Shown in pieces: positions 51,736 through 64,000 of a stretch of 64,000 nt of DNA. The DNA is from the human T2T-CHM13v2.0 reference genome, Homo sapiens, in assembly GCF_009914755.1 (NCBI RefSeq), contig NC_060941.1, one strand, 5' to 3'. Numbering within the stretch: the first letter of the stretch is position 1; every line of letters begins with the position of its first letter. The position numbers and the translations under genes were made by a program. The notes under the pieces are model-generated. The model saw nothing but the letters and a program-made list of their open reading frames with translations, was not told where the DNA came from and ran no database searches.

Positions 51736-54450
51736 CATTCACAGAAAACTCTTGGTGACGACTGAGTTTAACTCACAGAGCTGAACATTCCTTTGGATGG
51801 AGCAGTTTCGAAACACACTATTTGTAGAATGTGCAAGTGGATATTTAGGCCTCTCTGAGGATTTCGTTGGAAACGGGATAAACCGCACAGAACTAAACAG
51901 AAGCATTCTCAGAACCTTCTTCGTGATGTTTGCATTCAACTCACAGTGTTGAACCTTTCTTTGATAGTTCAGGTTTGAAACGGTCTTTCTGTAGAAACTG
52001 CAAGTAGATATTTGGACCTCTCTGAGGATTTCGTTGGAAACGGGATAACCCGCACAGAACTAAAACAGAAGCATTCTCAGAACCCTCTTCGTGATGTTTG
52101 CATTCAACTCACAGTGCTGAACCTTTCTTTGATAGTTCAGCTTTGAAACACTCTTTTTGTAGAAACTGCAAGTGGATATTTGGTCCTCTCTGAGCATTTC
52201 GTTGGAAACGGGATAAACTGCACAGAACTAAACAGAAGCATTCTCAGAACCTTCTTCGTGATGTCTGCATTCAACTCACAGTGTGGAACCTTTCTTTGAT
52301 AGTTCAGGTTTGAAACACTCTTTTTGTAGAAACTGCAAGGGGATAATTGCACTCTTTGAGGAGTACCGTAGTAAAGGAAATAACTTCCTATAAAAAGAAG
52401 ACAGAAGCTTTCTCAGAAAATTCTTTGGGATGATTGAGTTGAACTCACAGAGCTGAGCATTCCTTGCGATGTAGCAGTTTAGAAACACACTTTCTGCAGA
52501 ATCTGCAAGTGCATATTTGGACCTCTGTGAGGAATTCGTTGGAAACGGGATAATTTCAGCTGACTAAACAGAAGCAGTCTCAGAATCTTCTTTGTGATGT
52601 TTGCATTCAAATCCCCGAGTTGAACTTTCCTTTCAAAGTTCACGTTTGAAACACTCTTTTTGCAGGATCTACAAGTGGATATTTGGACCACTCTGTGTCC
52701 TTCGTTCGAAACGGGTATATCTTCACATGACATCTAGACAGAAGCATCCTCAGAAGCTTCTCTGTGATGACTGCATTCAACTCACGGAGTTGAACACTCC
52801 TTTTGAGAGCGCAGTTTTGAAACTCTCTTTCTGTGGCATCTGCAAGGGGACATGTAGACCTCTTTGAAGATTTCGTTGGAAACGGAATCATCTTCACATA
52901 AAAACTATACAGATGCATTCTCAGGAACTTTTTGGTGATGTTTGTATTCAACTCCCAGAGTTGAACTTTCCTTTGGAAAGAGCAGCTATGAAACACTGTT
53001 TTTCTAGAATCTGCAAGTGGACGTTTGGAGGGCTTTGTGGTTTGTGGTGGAAAAGGAAATATCTTCACCTAAATACTAGATAGAAGCATTCTCAGAAACT
53101 GCTTTGTGATGATTGCATTCACCTCACAGAGTTGAACATTCCTATTGATAGAGCAGTTTGGAAACACTCTTGTTGTGGAATGTGCAAGTGGAGATTTGGA
53201 GCGCTTTGAGGCCTATGGTAGTAAAGGGAATAGCTTCATAGAAAAACTAGACAGAAGCATTCTCAGAAAATACTTTGTGATGATTGAGTTTAACTCACAG
53301 AGCTGAACATTCCTTTGGATGGAGCAGGTTTGAGACACACCTTTTGTAGAATCTACAAGTGGATATTTGGACCTCTCTGAGGATTTCGTTGGAAACGGGA
53401 TAACTGCACCTAACTAAACGGAAGCATTCTCAGAAACTTCTTGGTGATGTTTGCATTCAAATCCCAGAGTTGAACCTTCCTTTGATAGTTCAGGTTTGAA
53501 ACACTCTTTTTGTAGGATCTGCAAGTGGATATTTGGACCACTCTGTGGCCTTCGTTCGAAACGGGTATATCTTCGCATAAAATCTAGACAGAAGCCTTCT
53601 CAGAAACTTCTCTGTGATGATTGCATTCAACTCACAGAGTTGAACCCTCCTATGGATAGAGCAGTGTTGAAACTCTCTTTTTGTGGAATCTGCAAGTGGA
53701 TATGTGGACCTCTCCGAAGATGTCTTTGGAAACGGGAATATCTTCACATAAAAACTAAACAGAAGCATTCTCAGAAACTTCTCTGTGATGTTTGTGTTCA
53801 ACTCCCAGAGTTTCACATTGCTTTTCATAGAGTAGTTCTGAAACATGCTTTTCGTAGTGTCTACAAGTGGACATTTGGAGCGCTTTCAGGCCTGTGGTGG
53901 AAAACGAATTATGGTCACATAAAAACTGGAGAGAAGCATTGTCAGAAACTTCTTTGTGATGATTGCATTCAACTCACAGAGTTGAAGGTTCCTTTTCAAA
54001 GAGCAGTTTCCAATCACTCTTTGTGTGGAATCTGCAAGTGGATATTTGGACCTATTTTGAAGATTTCGTTGGAAACGGGAGAATCTTCACAGGAAAGCTA
54101 AACAGAAGCATTCTCAGAAACTTCTTTGTGATGCTTGCATTCAACTCACAGAGTTGAACTTTCCTTTCGAGAGAGAAGCTTTGAAACACTCTTTTTCCAG
54201 AATCTGCAAGTGGACATTTGGAGGGCTTTGAGGCCTGTGGTGGAAAAGGAATTATCTTCCCGTAAAAGCTAGATAGAAGCATTCTCAGAAACTACTTTGT
54301 GATGATTGCATTCAAGTCACAGAGTTGAACATTCCCTTTGACAGAGCAGTTTGGAAACTCTCTTTGTGTAGAATCTGCAAGTGGAGATATGGACCGCTTT
54401 GAGGCCTATGGTAGTAAAGGAAATAGCTTCATATAAAAGCTAGACAGTAG

Positions 54451-55810
54451 CATTCACAGAAAACTCTTGGTGACGACTGAGTTTAACTCACAGAGCTGAA
54501 CATTCCTTTGGATGGAGCAGTTTCGAAACACACTATTTGTAGAATGTGCAAGTGGATATTTAGGCCTCTCTGAGGATTTCGTTGGAAACGGGATAAACCG
54601 CACAGAACTAAACAGAAGCATTCTCAGAACCTTCTTCGTGATGTTTGCATTCAACTCACAGTGTTGAACCTTTCTTTGATAGTTCAGGTTTGAAACGGTC
54701 TTTCTGTAGAAACTGCAAGTAGATATTTGGACCTCTCTGAGGATTTCGTTGGAAACGGGATAACTGCACCTAACTAAACGGAAGCATTCTCAGAAACTTC
54801 TTGGTGATGTTTGCATTCAAATCCCAGAGTTGAACCTTCCTTTGATAGTTCAGGTTTGAAACACTCTTTTTGTAGGATCTGCAAGTGGATATTTGGACCA
54901 CTCTGTGGCCTTCGTTCGAAACGGGTATATCTTCGCATAAAATCTAGACAGAAGCCTTCTCAGAAACTTCTCTGTGATGATTGCATTCAACTCACAGAGT
55001 TGAACCCTCCTATGGATAGAGCAGTGTTGAAACTCTCTTTTTGTGGAATCTGCAAGTGGATATGTGGACCTCTCCGAAGATGTCTTTGGAAACGGGAATA
55101 TCTTCACATAAAAACTAAACAGAAGCATTCTCAGAAACTTCTCTGTGATGTTTGTGTTCAACTCCCAGAGTTTCACATTGCTTTTCATAGAGTAGTTCTG
55201 AAACATGCTTTTCGTAGTGTCTACAAGTGGACATTTGGAGCGCTTTCAGGCCTGTGGTGGAAAACGAATTATGGTCACATAAAAACTGGAGAGAAGCATT
55301 GTCAGAAACTTCTTTGTGATGATTGCATTCAACTCACAGAGTTGAAGGTTCCTTTTCAAAGAGCAGTTTCCAATCACTCTTTCTGTGGAATCTGCAAGTG
55401 GATATTTGGACCTATTTTGAAGATTTCGTTGGAAACGGGAGAATCTTCACAGGAAAGCTAAACAGAAGCATTCTCAGAAACTTCTTTGTGATGCTTGCAT
55501 TCAACTCACAGAGTTGAACTTTCCTTTCGAGAGAGAAGCTTTGAAACACTCTTTTTCCAGAATCTGCAAGTGGACATTTGGAGGGCTTTGAGGCCTGTGG
55601 TGGAAAAGGAATTATCTTCCCGTAAAAGCTAGATAGAAGCATTCTCAGAAACTACTTTGTGATGATTGCATTCAAGTCACAGAGTTGAACATTCCCTTTG
55701 ACAGAGCAGTTTGGAAACTCTCTTTGTGTAGAATCTGCAAGTGGAGATATGGACCGCTTTGAGGCCTATGGTAGTAAAGGAAATAGCTTCATATAAAAGC
55801 TAGACAGTAG
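54451..55810 (+). repeat. 8-mer HOR structural variant #5 (1360 bp)
   Basis: Spacing 54454->55814; junction at 54722-54764. Confidence 0.96.
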
Positions 55811-58525
55811 CATTCACAGAAAACTCTTGGTGACGACTGAGTTTAACTCACAGAGCTGAACATTCCTTTGGATGGAGCAGTTTCGAAACACACTATTTGT
55901 AGAATGTGCAAGTGGATATTTAGGCCTCTCTGAGGATTTCGTTGGAAACGGGATAAACCGCACAGAACTAAACAGAAGCATTCTCAGAACCTTCTTCGTG
56001 ATGTTTGCATTCAACTCACAGTGTTGAACCTTTCTTTGATAGTTCAGGTTTGAAACGGTCTTTCTGTAGAAACTGCAAGTAGATATTTGGACCTCTCTGA
56101 GGATTTCGTTGGAAACGGGATAACCCGCACAGAACTAAAACAGAAGCATTCTCAGAACCCTCTTCGTGATGTTTGCATTCAACTCACAGTGCTGAACCTT
56201 TCTTTGATAGTTCAGCTTTGAAACACTCTTTTTGTAGAAACTGCAAGTGGATATTTGGTCCTCTCTGAGGATTTCGTTGGAAACGGGATAAACTGCACAG
56301 AACTAAACAGAAGCATTCTCAGAACCTTCTTCGTGATGTCTGCATTCAACTCACAGTGTGGAACCTTTCTTTGATAGTTCAGGTTTGAAACACTCTTTTT
56401 GTAGAAACTGCAAGGGGATAATTGCACTCTTTGAGGAGTACCGTAGTAAAGGAAATAACTTCCTATAAAAAGAAGACAGAAGCTTTCTCAGAAAATTCTT
56501 TGGGATGATTGAGTTGAACTCACAGAGCTGAGCATTCCTTGCGATGTAGCAGTTTAGAAACACACTTTCTGCAGAATCTGCAAGTGCATATTTGGACCTC
56601 TGTGAGGAATTCGTTGGAAACGGGATAATTTCAGCTGACTAAACAGAAGCAGTCTCAGAATCTTCTTTGTGATGTTTGCATTCAAATCCCCGAGTTGAAC
56701 TTTCCTTTCAAAGTTCACGTTTGAAACACTCTTTTTGCAGGATCTACAAGTGGATATTTGGACCACTCTGTGTCCTTCGTTCGAAACGGGTATATCTTCA
56801 CATGACATCTAGACAGAAGCATCCTCAGAAGCTTCTCTGTGATGACTGCATTCAACTCACGGAGTTGAACACTCCTTTTGAGAGCGCAGTTTTGAAACTC
56901 TCTTTCTGTGGCATCTGCAAGGGGACATGTAGACCTCTTTGAAGATTTCGTTGGAAACGGAATCATCTTCACATAAAAACTATACAGATGCATTCTCAGG
57001 AACTTTTTGGTGATGTTTGTATTCAACTCCCAGAGTTGAACTTTCCTTTGGAAAGAGCAGCTATGAAACACTGTTTTTCTAGAATCTGCAAGTGGACGTT
57101 TGGAGGGCTTTGTGGTTTGTGGTGGAAAAGGAAATATCTTCACCTAAATACTAGATAGAAGCATTCTCAGAAACTGCTTTGTGATGATTGCATTCACCTC
57201 ACAGAGTTGAACATTCCTATTGATAGAGCAGTTTGGAAACACTCTTGTTGTGGAATGTGCAAGTGGAGATTTGGAGCGCTTTGAGGCCTATGGTAGTAAA
57301 GGGAATAGCTTCATAGAAAAACTAGACAGAAGCATTCTCAGAAAATACTTTGTGATGATTGAGTTTAACTCACAGAGCTGAACATTCCTTTGGATGGAGC
57401 AGGTTTGAGACACACCTTTTGTAGAATCTGCAAGTGGATATTTGGACCTCTCTGAGGATTTCGTTGGAAACGGGATAACTGCACCTAACTAAACGGAAGC
57501 ATTCTCAGAAACTTCTTGGTGATGTTTGCATTCAAATCCCAGAGTTGAACCTTCCTTTGATAGTTCAGGTTTGAAACACTCTTTTTGTAGGATCTGCAAG
57601 TGGATATTTGGACCACTCTGTGGCCTTCGTTCGAAACGGGTATATCTTCGCATAAAATCTAGACAGAAGCCTTCTCAGAAACTTCTCTGTGATGATTGCA
57701 TTCAACTCACAGAGTTGAACCCTCCTATGGATAGAGCAGTGTTGAAACTCTCTTTTTGTGGAATCTGCAAGTGGATATGTGGACCTCTCCGAAGATGTCT
57801 TTGGAAACGGGAATATCTTCACATAAAAACTAAACAGAAGCATTCTCAGAAACTTCTCTGTGATGTTTGTGTTCAACTCCCAGAGTTTCACATTGCTTTT
57901 CATAGAGTAGTTCTGAAACATGCTTTTCGTAGTGTCTACAAGTGGACATTTGGAGCGCTTTCAGGCCTGTGGTGGAAAACGAATTATGGTCACATAAAAA
58001 CTGGAGAGAAGCATTGTCAGAAACTTCTTTGTGATGATTGCATTCAACTCACAGAGTTGAAGGTTCCTTTTCAAAGAGCAGTTTCCAATCACTCTTTGTG
58101 TGGAATCTGCAAGTGGATATTTGGACCTATTTTGAAGATTTCGTTGGAAACGGGAGAATCTTCACAGGAAAGCTAAACAGAAGCATTCTCAGAAACTTCT
58201 TTGTGATGCTTGCATTCAACTCACAGAGTTGAACTTTCCTTTCGAGAGAGAAGCTTTGAAACACTCTTTTTCCAGAATCTGCAAGTGGACATTTGGAGGG
58301 CTTTGAGGCCTGTGGTGGAAAAGGAATTATCTTCCCGTAAAAGCTAGATAGAAGCATTCTCAGAAACTACTTTGTGATGATTGCATTCAAGTCACAGAGT
58401 TGAACATTCCCTTTGACAGAGCAGTTTGGAAACTCTCTTTGTGTAGAATCTGCAAGTGGAGATATGGATCGCTTTGAGGCCTATGGTAGTAAAGGAAATA
58501 GCTTCATATAAAAGCTAGACAGTAG

Positions 58526-61073
58526 CATTCACAGAAAACTCTTGGTGACGACTGAGTTTAACTCACAGAGCTGAACATTCCTTTGGATGGAGCAGTTTCG
58601 AAACACACTATTTGTAGAATGTGCAAGTGGATATTTAGGCCTCTCTGAGGATTTCGTTGGAAACGGGATAAACCGCACAGAACTAAACAGAAGCATTCTC
58701 AGAACCTTCTTCGTGATGTTTGCATTCAACTCACAGTGTTGAACCTTTCTTTGATAGTTCAGGTTTGAAACGGTCTTTCTGTAGAAACTGCAAGTAGATA
58801 TTTGGACCTCTCTGAGGATTTCGTTGGAAACGGGATAACCCGCACAGAACTAAAACAGAAGCATTCTCAGAACCCTCTTCGTGATGTTTGCATTCAACTC
58901 ACAGTGCTGAACCTTTCTTTGATAGTTCAGCTTTGAAACACTCTTTTTGTAGAAACTGCAAGGGGATAATTGCACTCTTTGAGGAGTACCGTAGTAAAGG
59001 AAATAACTTCCTATAAAAAGAAGACAGAAGCTTTCTCAGAAAATTCTTTGGGATGATTGAGTTGAACTCACAGAGCTGAGCATTCCTTGCGATGTAGCAG
59101 TTTAGAAACACACTTTCTGCAGAATCTGCAAGTGCATATTTGGACCTCTGTGAGGAATTCGTTGGAAACGGGATAATTTCAGCTGACTAAACAGAAGCAG
59201 TCTCAGAATCTTCTTTGTGATGTTTGCATTCAAATCCCCGAGTTGAACTTTCCTTTCAAAGTTCACGTTTGAAACACTCTTTTTGCAGGATCTACAAGTG
59301 GATATTTGGACCACTCTGTGTCCTTCGTTCGAAACGGGTATATCTTCACATGACATCTAGACAGAAGCATCCTCAGAAGCTTCTCTGTGATGACTGCATT
59401 CAACTCACGGAGTTGAACACTCCTTTTGAGAGCGCAGTTTTGAAACTCTCTTTCTGTGGCATCTGCAAGGGGACATGTAGACCTCTTTGAAGATTTCGTT
59501 GGAAACGGAATCATCTTCACATAAAAACTATACAGATGCATTCTCAGGAACTTTTTGGTGATGTTTGTATTCAACTCCCAGAGTTGAACTTTCCTTTGGA
59601 AAGAGCAGCTATGAAACACTGTTTTTCTAGAATCTGCAAGTGGACGTTTGGAGGGCTTTGTGGTTTGTGGTGGAAAAGGAAATATCTTCACCTAAATACT
59701 AGATAGAAGCATTCTCAGAAACTGCTTTGTGATGATTGCATTCACCTCACAGAGTTGAACATTCCTATTGATAGAGCAGTTTGGAAACACTCTTGTTGTG
59801 GAATGTGCAAGTGGAGATTTGGAGCGCTTTGAGGCCTATGGTAGTAAAGGGAATAGCTTCATAGAAAAACTAGACAGAAGCATTCTCAGAAAATACTTTG
59901 TGATGATTGAGTTTAACTCACAGAGCTGAACATTCCTTTGGATGGAGCAGGTTTGAGACACACCTTTTGTAGAATCTACAAGTGGATATTTGGACCTCTC
60001 TGAGGATTTCGTTGGAAACGGGATAACTGCACCTAACTAAACGGAAGCATTCTCAGAAACTTCTTGGTGATGTTTGCATTCAAATCCCAGAGTTGAACCT
60101 TCCTTTGATAGTTCAGGTTTGAAACACTCTTTTTGTAGGATCTGCAAGTGGATATTTGGACCACTCTGTGGCCTTCGTTCGAAACGGGTATATCTTCGCA
60201 TAAAATCTAGACAGAAGCCTTCTCAGAAACTTCTCTGTGATGATTGCATTCAACTCACAGAGTTGAACCCTCCTATGGATAGAGCAGTGTTGAAACTCTC
60301 TTTTTGTGGAATCTGCAAGTGGATATGTGGACCTCTCCGAAGATGTCTTTGGAAACGGGAATATCTTCACATAAAAACTAAACAGAAGCATTCTCAGAAA
60401 CTTCTCTGTGATGTTTGTGTTCAACTCCCAGAGTTTCACATTGCTTTTCATAGAGTAGTTCTGAAACATGCTTTTCGTAGTGTCTACAAGTGGACATTTG
60501 GAGCGCTTTCAGGCCTGTGGTGGAAAACGAATTATGGTCACATAAAAACTGGAGAGAAGCATTGTCAGAAACTTCTTTGTGATGATTGCATTCAACTCAC
60601 AGAGTTGAAGGTTCCTTTTCAAAGAGCAGTTTCCAATCACTCTTTGTGTGGAATCTGCAAGTGGATATTTGGACCTATTTTGAAGATTTCGTTGGAAACG
60701 GGAGAATCTTCACAGGAAAGCTAAACAGAAGCATTCTCAGAAACTTCTTTGTGATGCTTGCATTCAACTCACAGAGTTGAACTTTCCTTTCGAGAGAGAA
60801 GCTTTGAAACACTCTTTTTCCAGAATCTGCAAGTGGACATTTGGAGGGCTTTGAGGCCTGTGGTGGAAAAGGAATTATCTTCCCGTAAAAGCTAGATAGA
60901 AGCATTCTCAGAAACTACTTTGTGATGATTGCATTCAAGTCACAGAGTTGAACATTCCCTTTGACAGAGCAGTTTGGAAACTCTCTTTGTGTAGAATCTG
61001 CAAGTGGAGATATGGACCGCTTTGAGGCCTATGGTAGTAAAGGAAATAGCTTCATATAAAAGCTAGACAGTAG
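58526..61073 (+). repeat. 15-mer HOR variant #2 (2548 bp)
   Basis: Spacing 58529->61077; same hybrid junction at 58932-58962. Confidence 0.96.
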
Positions 61074-62433
61074 CATTCACAGAAAACTCTTGGTGACGAC
61101 TGAGTTTAACTCACAGAGCTGAACATTCCTTTGGATGGAGCAGTTTCGAAACACACTATTTGTAGAATGTGCAAGTGGATATTTAGGCCTCTCTGAGGAT
61201 TTCGTTGGAAACGGGATAAACCGCACAGAACTAAACAGAAGCATTCTCAGAACCTTCTTCGTGATGTTTGCATTCAACTCACAGTGTTGAACCTTTCTTT
61301 GATAGTTCAGGTTTCAAACGGTCTTTCTGTAGAAACTGCAAGTAGATATTTGGACCTCTCTGAGGATTTCGTTGGAAACGGGATAACTGCACCTAACTAA
61401 ACGGAAGCATTCTCAGAAACTTCTTGGTGATGTTTGCATTCAAATCCCAGAGTTGAACCTTCCTTTGATAGTTCAGGTTTGAAACACTCTTTTTGTAGGA
61501 TCTGCAAGTGGATATTTGGACCACTCTGTGGCCTTCGTTCGAAACGGGTATATCTTCGCATAAAATCTAGACAGAAGCCTTCTCAGAAGCTTCTCTGTGA
61601 TGATTGCATTCAACTCACAGAGTTGAACCCTCCTATGGATAGAGCAGTGTTGAAACTCTCTTTTTGTGGAATCTGCAAGTGGATATGTGGACCTCTCCGA
61701 AGATGTCTTTGGAAACGGGAATATCTTCACATAAAAACTAAACAGAAGCATTCTCAGAAACTTCTCTGTGATGTTTGTGTTCAACTCCCAGAGTTTCACA
61801 TTGCTTTTCATAGAGTAGTTCTGAAACATGCTTTTCGTAGTGTCTACAAGTGGACATTTGGAGCGCTTTCAGGCCTGTGGTGGAAAACGAATTATGGTCA
61901 CATAAAAACTGGAGAGAAGCATTGTCAGAAACTTCTTTGTGATGATTGCATTCAACTCACAGAGTTGAAGGTTCCTTTTCAAAGAGCAGTTTCCAATCAC
62001 TCTTTGTGTGGAATCTGCAAGTGGATATTTGGACCTATTTTGAAGATTTCGTTGGAAACGGGAGAATCTTCACAGGAAAGCTAAACAGAAGCATTCTCAG
62101 AAACTTCTTTGTGATGCTTGCATTCAACTCACAGAGTTGAACTTTCCTTTCGAGAGAGAAGCTTTGAAACACTCTTTTTCCAGAATCTGCAAGTGGACAT
62201 TTGGAGGGCTTTGAGGCCTGTGGTGGAAAAGGAATTATCTTCCCGTAAAAGCTAGATAGAAGCATTCTCAGAAACTACTTTGTGATGATTGCATTCAAGT
62301 CACAGAGTTGAACATTCCCTTTGACAGAGCAGTTTGGAAACTCTCTTTGTGTAGAATCTGCAAGTGGAGATATGGACCGCTTTGAGGCCTATGGTAGTAA
62401 AGGAAATAGCTTCATATAAAAGCTAGACAGTAG
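61074..62433 (+). repeat. 8-mer HOR structural variant #6 (1360 bp)
   Basis: Spacing 61077->62437; junction at 61345-61387. Confidence 0.96.
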
Positions 62434-64000
62434 CATTCACAGAAAACTCTTGGTGACGACTGAGTTTAACTCACAGAGCTGAACATTCCTTTGGATGGAG
62501 CAGTTTCGAAACACACTATTTGTAGAATGTGCAAGTGGATATTTAGGCCTCTCTGAGGATTTCGTTGGAAACGGGATAAACCGCACAGAACTAAACAGAA
62601 GCATTCTCAGAACCTTCTTCGTGATGTTTGCATTCAACTCACAGTGTTGAACCTTTCTTTGATAGTTCAGGTTTGAAACGGTCTTTCTGTAGAAACTGCA
62701 AGTAGATATTTGGACCTCTCTGAGGATTTCGTTGGAAACGGGATAACCCGCACAGAACTAAAACAGAAGCATTCTCAGAACCCTCTTCGTGATGTTTGCA
62801 TTCAACTCACAGTGCTGAACCTTTCTTTGATAGTTCAGCTTTGAAACACTCTTTTTGTAGAAACTGCAAGTGGATATTTGGTCCTCTCTGAGCATTTCGT
62901 TGGAAACGGGATAAACTGCACAGAACTAAACAGAAGCATTCTCAGAACCTTCTTCGTGATGTCTGCATTCAACTCACAGTGTGGAACCTTTCTTTGATAG
63001 TTCAGGTTTGAAACACTCTTTTTGTAGAAACTGCAAGGGGATAATTGCACTCTTTGAGGAGTACCGTAGTAAAGGAAATAACTTCCTATAAAAAGAAGAC
63101 AGAAGCTTTCTCAGAAAATTCTTTGGGATGATTGAGTTGAACTCACAGAGCTGAGCATTCCTTGCGATGTAGCAGTTTAGAAACACACTTTCTGCAGAAT
63201 CTGCAAGTGCATATTTGGACCTCTGTGAGGAATTCGTTGGAAACGGGATAATTTCAGCTGACTAAACAGAAGCAGTCTCAGAATCTTCTTTGTGATGTTT
63301 GCATTCAAATCCCCGAGTTGAACTTTCCTTTCAAAGTTCACGTTTGAAACACTCTTTTTGCAGGATCTACAAGTGGATATTTGGACCACTCTGTGTCCTT
63401 CGTTCGAAACGGGTATATCTTCACATGACATCTAGACAGAAGCATCCTCAGAAGCTTCTCTGTGATGACTGCATTCAACTCACGGAGTTGAACACTCCTT
63501 TTGAGAGCGCAGTTTTGAAACTCTCTTTCTGTGGCATCTGCAAGGGGACATGTAGACCTCTTTGAAGATTTCGTTGGAAACGGAATCATCTTCACATAAA
63601 AACTATACAGATGCATTCTCAGGAACTTTTTGGTGATGTTTGTATTCAACTCCCAGAGTTGAACTTTCCTTTGGAAAGAGCAGCTATGAAACACTGTTTT
63701 TCTAGAATCTGCAAGTGGACGTTTGGAGGGCTTTGTGGTTTGTGGTGGAAAAGGAAATATCTTCACCTAAATACTAGATAGAAGCATTCTCAGAAACTGC
63801 TTTGTGATGATTGCATTCACCTCACAGAGTTGAACATTCCTATTGATAGAGCAGTTTGGAAACACTCTTGTTGTGGAATGTGCAAGTGGAGATTTGGAGC
63901 GCTTTGAGGCCTATGGTAGTAAAGGGAATAGCTTCATAGAAAAACTAGACAGAAGCATTCTCAGAAAATACTTTGTGATGATTGAGTTTAACTCACAGAG

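Larger units (their letters stand above)
1..64000 (+). repeat. D17Z1: Centromeric alpha satellite higher-order repeat array (16-mer, 2715 bp), most likely human chr17 D17Z1 (SF3)
   Basis: Monomers begin with cattctcag-like motifs at 137, 308, 476, 644, 811, 980, 1147, 1317, 1488, 1659, 1830, 1997, 2167, 2338, 2509 and 2681, then recur at 2852 (=137+2715), giving 16 monomers per unit. CENP-B boxes (tttcgttggaaacggga) are present. There is one canonical GAATTC per unit (1104-1109). Identical ORF translations recur every 2715 bp. A 2.7-kb EcoRI 16-mer with pentamer substructure is the established description of D17Z1. Alpha satellite identity is essentially certain; the locus assignment is from knowledge. 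Confidence 0.93.

Noticed and set aside
1-64000. Transposon insertion (L1/Alu), inversion or array boundary
   Set aside because: All marker spacings are explained by 16-, 15- and 8-mer lengths. Orientation is constant, and there is no poly-A tail or foreign sequence.
1-64000. Other SF3 arrays (DXZ1 12-mer, D11Z1 5-mer, D17Z1-B 14-mer) as the source
   Set aside because: The unit is 16 monomers/2715 bp with one EcoRI site, which fits D17Z1 and not those unit sizes.

Overview
The whole 64 kb window is one uninterrupted, single-orientation array of primate centromeric alpha satellite (monomers of 167-172 bp). It is organised as a 16-monomer, 2715-bp higher-order repeat (HOR) with a pentameric (~850 bp) substructure, one EcoRI site and 8 intact CENP-B boxes per unit. 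These properties match the human chromosome 17 array D17Z1 (suprachromosomal family 3); the assignment comes from recalled knowledge, not a database search. There are no genes, RNA genes or transposon insertions, and all listed ORFs are incidental readings of the satellite. I found no new protein-coding system, so the interesting signal is structural. Counting units from the marker 'cattcacagaaaactc' (first at 308), the order is 16x8, 8, 16, 8, 16, 16, 8, 16x5, 15, 8, 16, 8, 16, 15, 8, 16 (partial). Six 1360-bp 8-mer variants share one junction inside a 43-bp identity tract that contains a CENP-B box. Two 2548-bp 15-mers share a junction inside a monomer triplication. Shared private SNPs reveal larger duplications (6790 bp, 4075 bp, possibly 10697 bp) and shuffling of variants between units.
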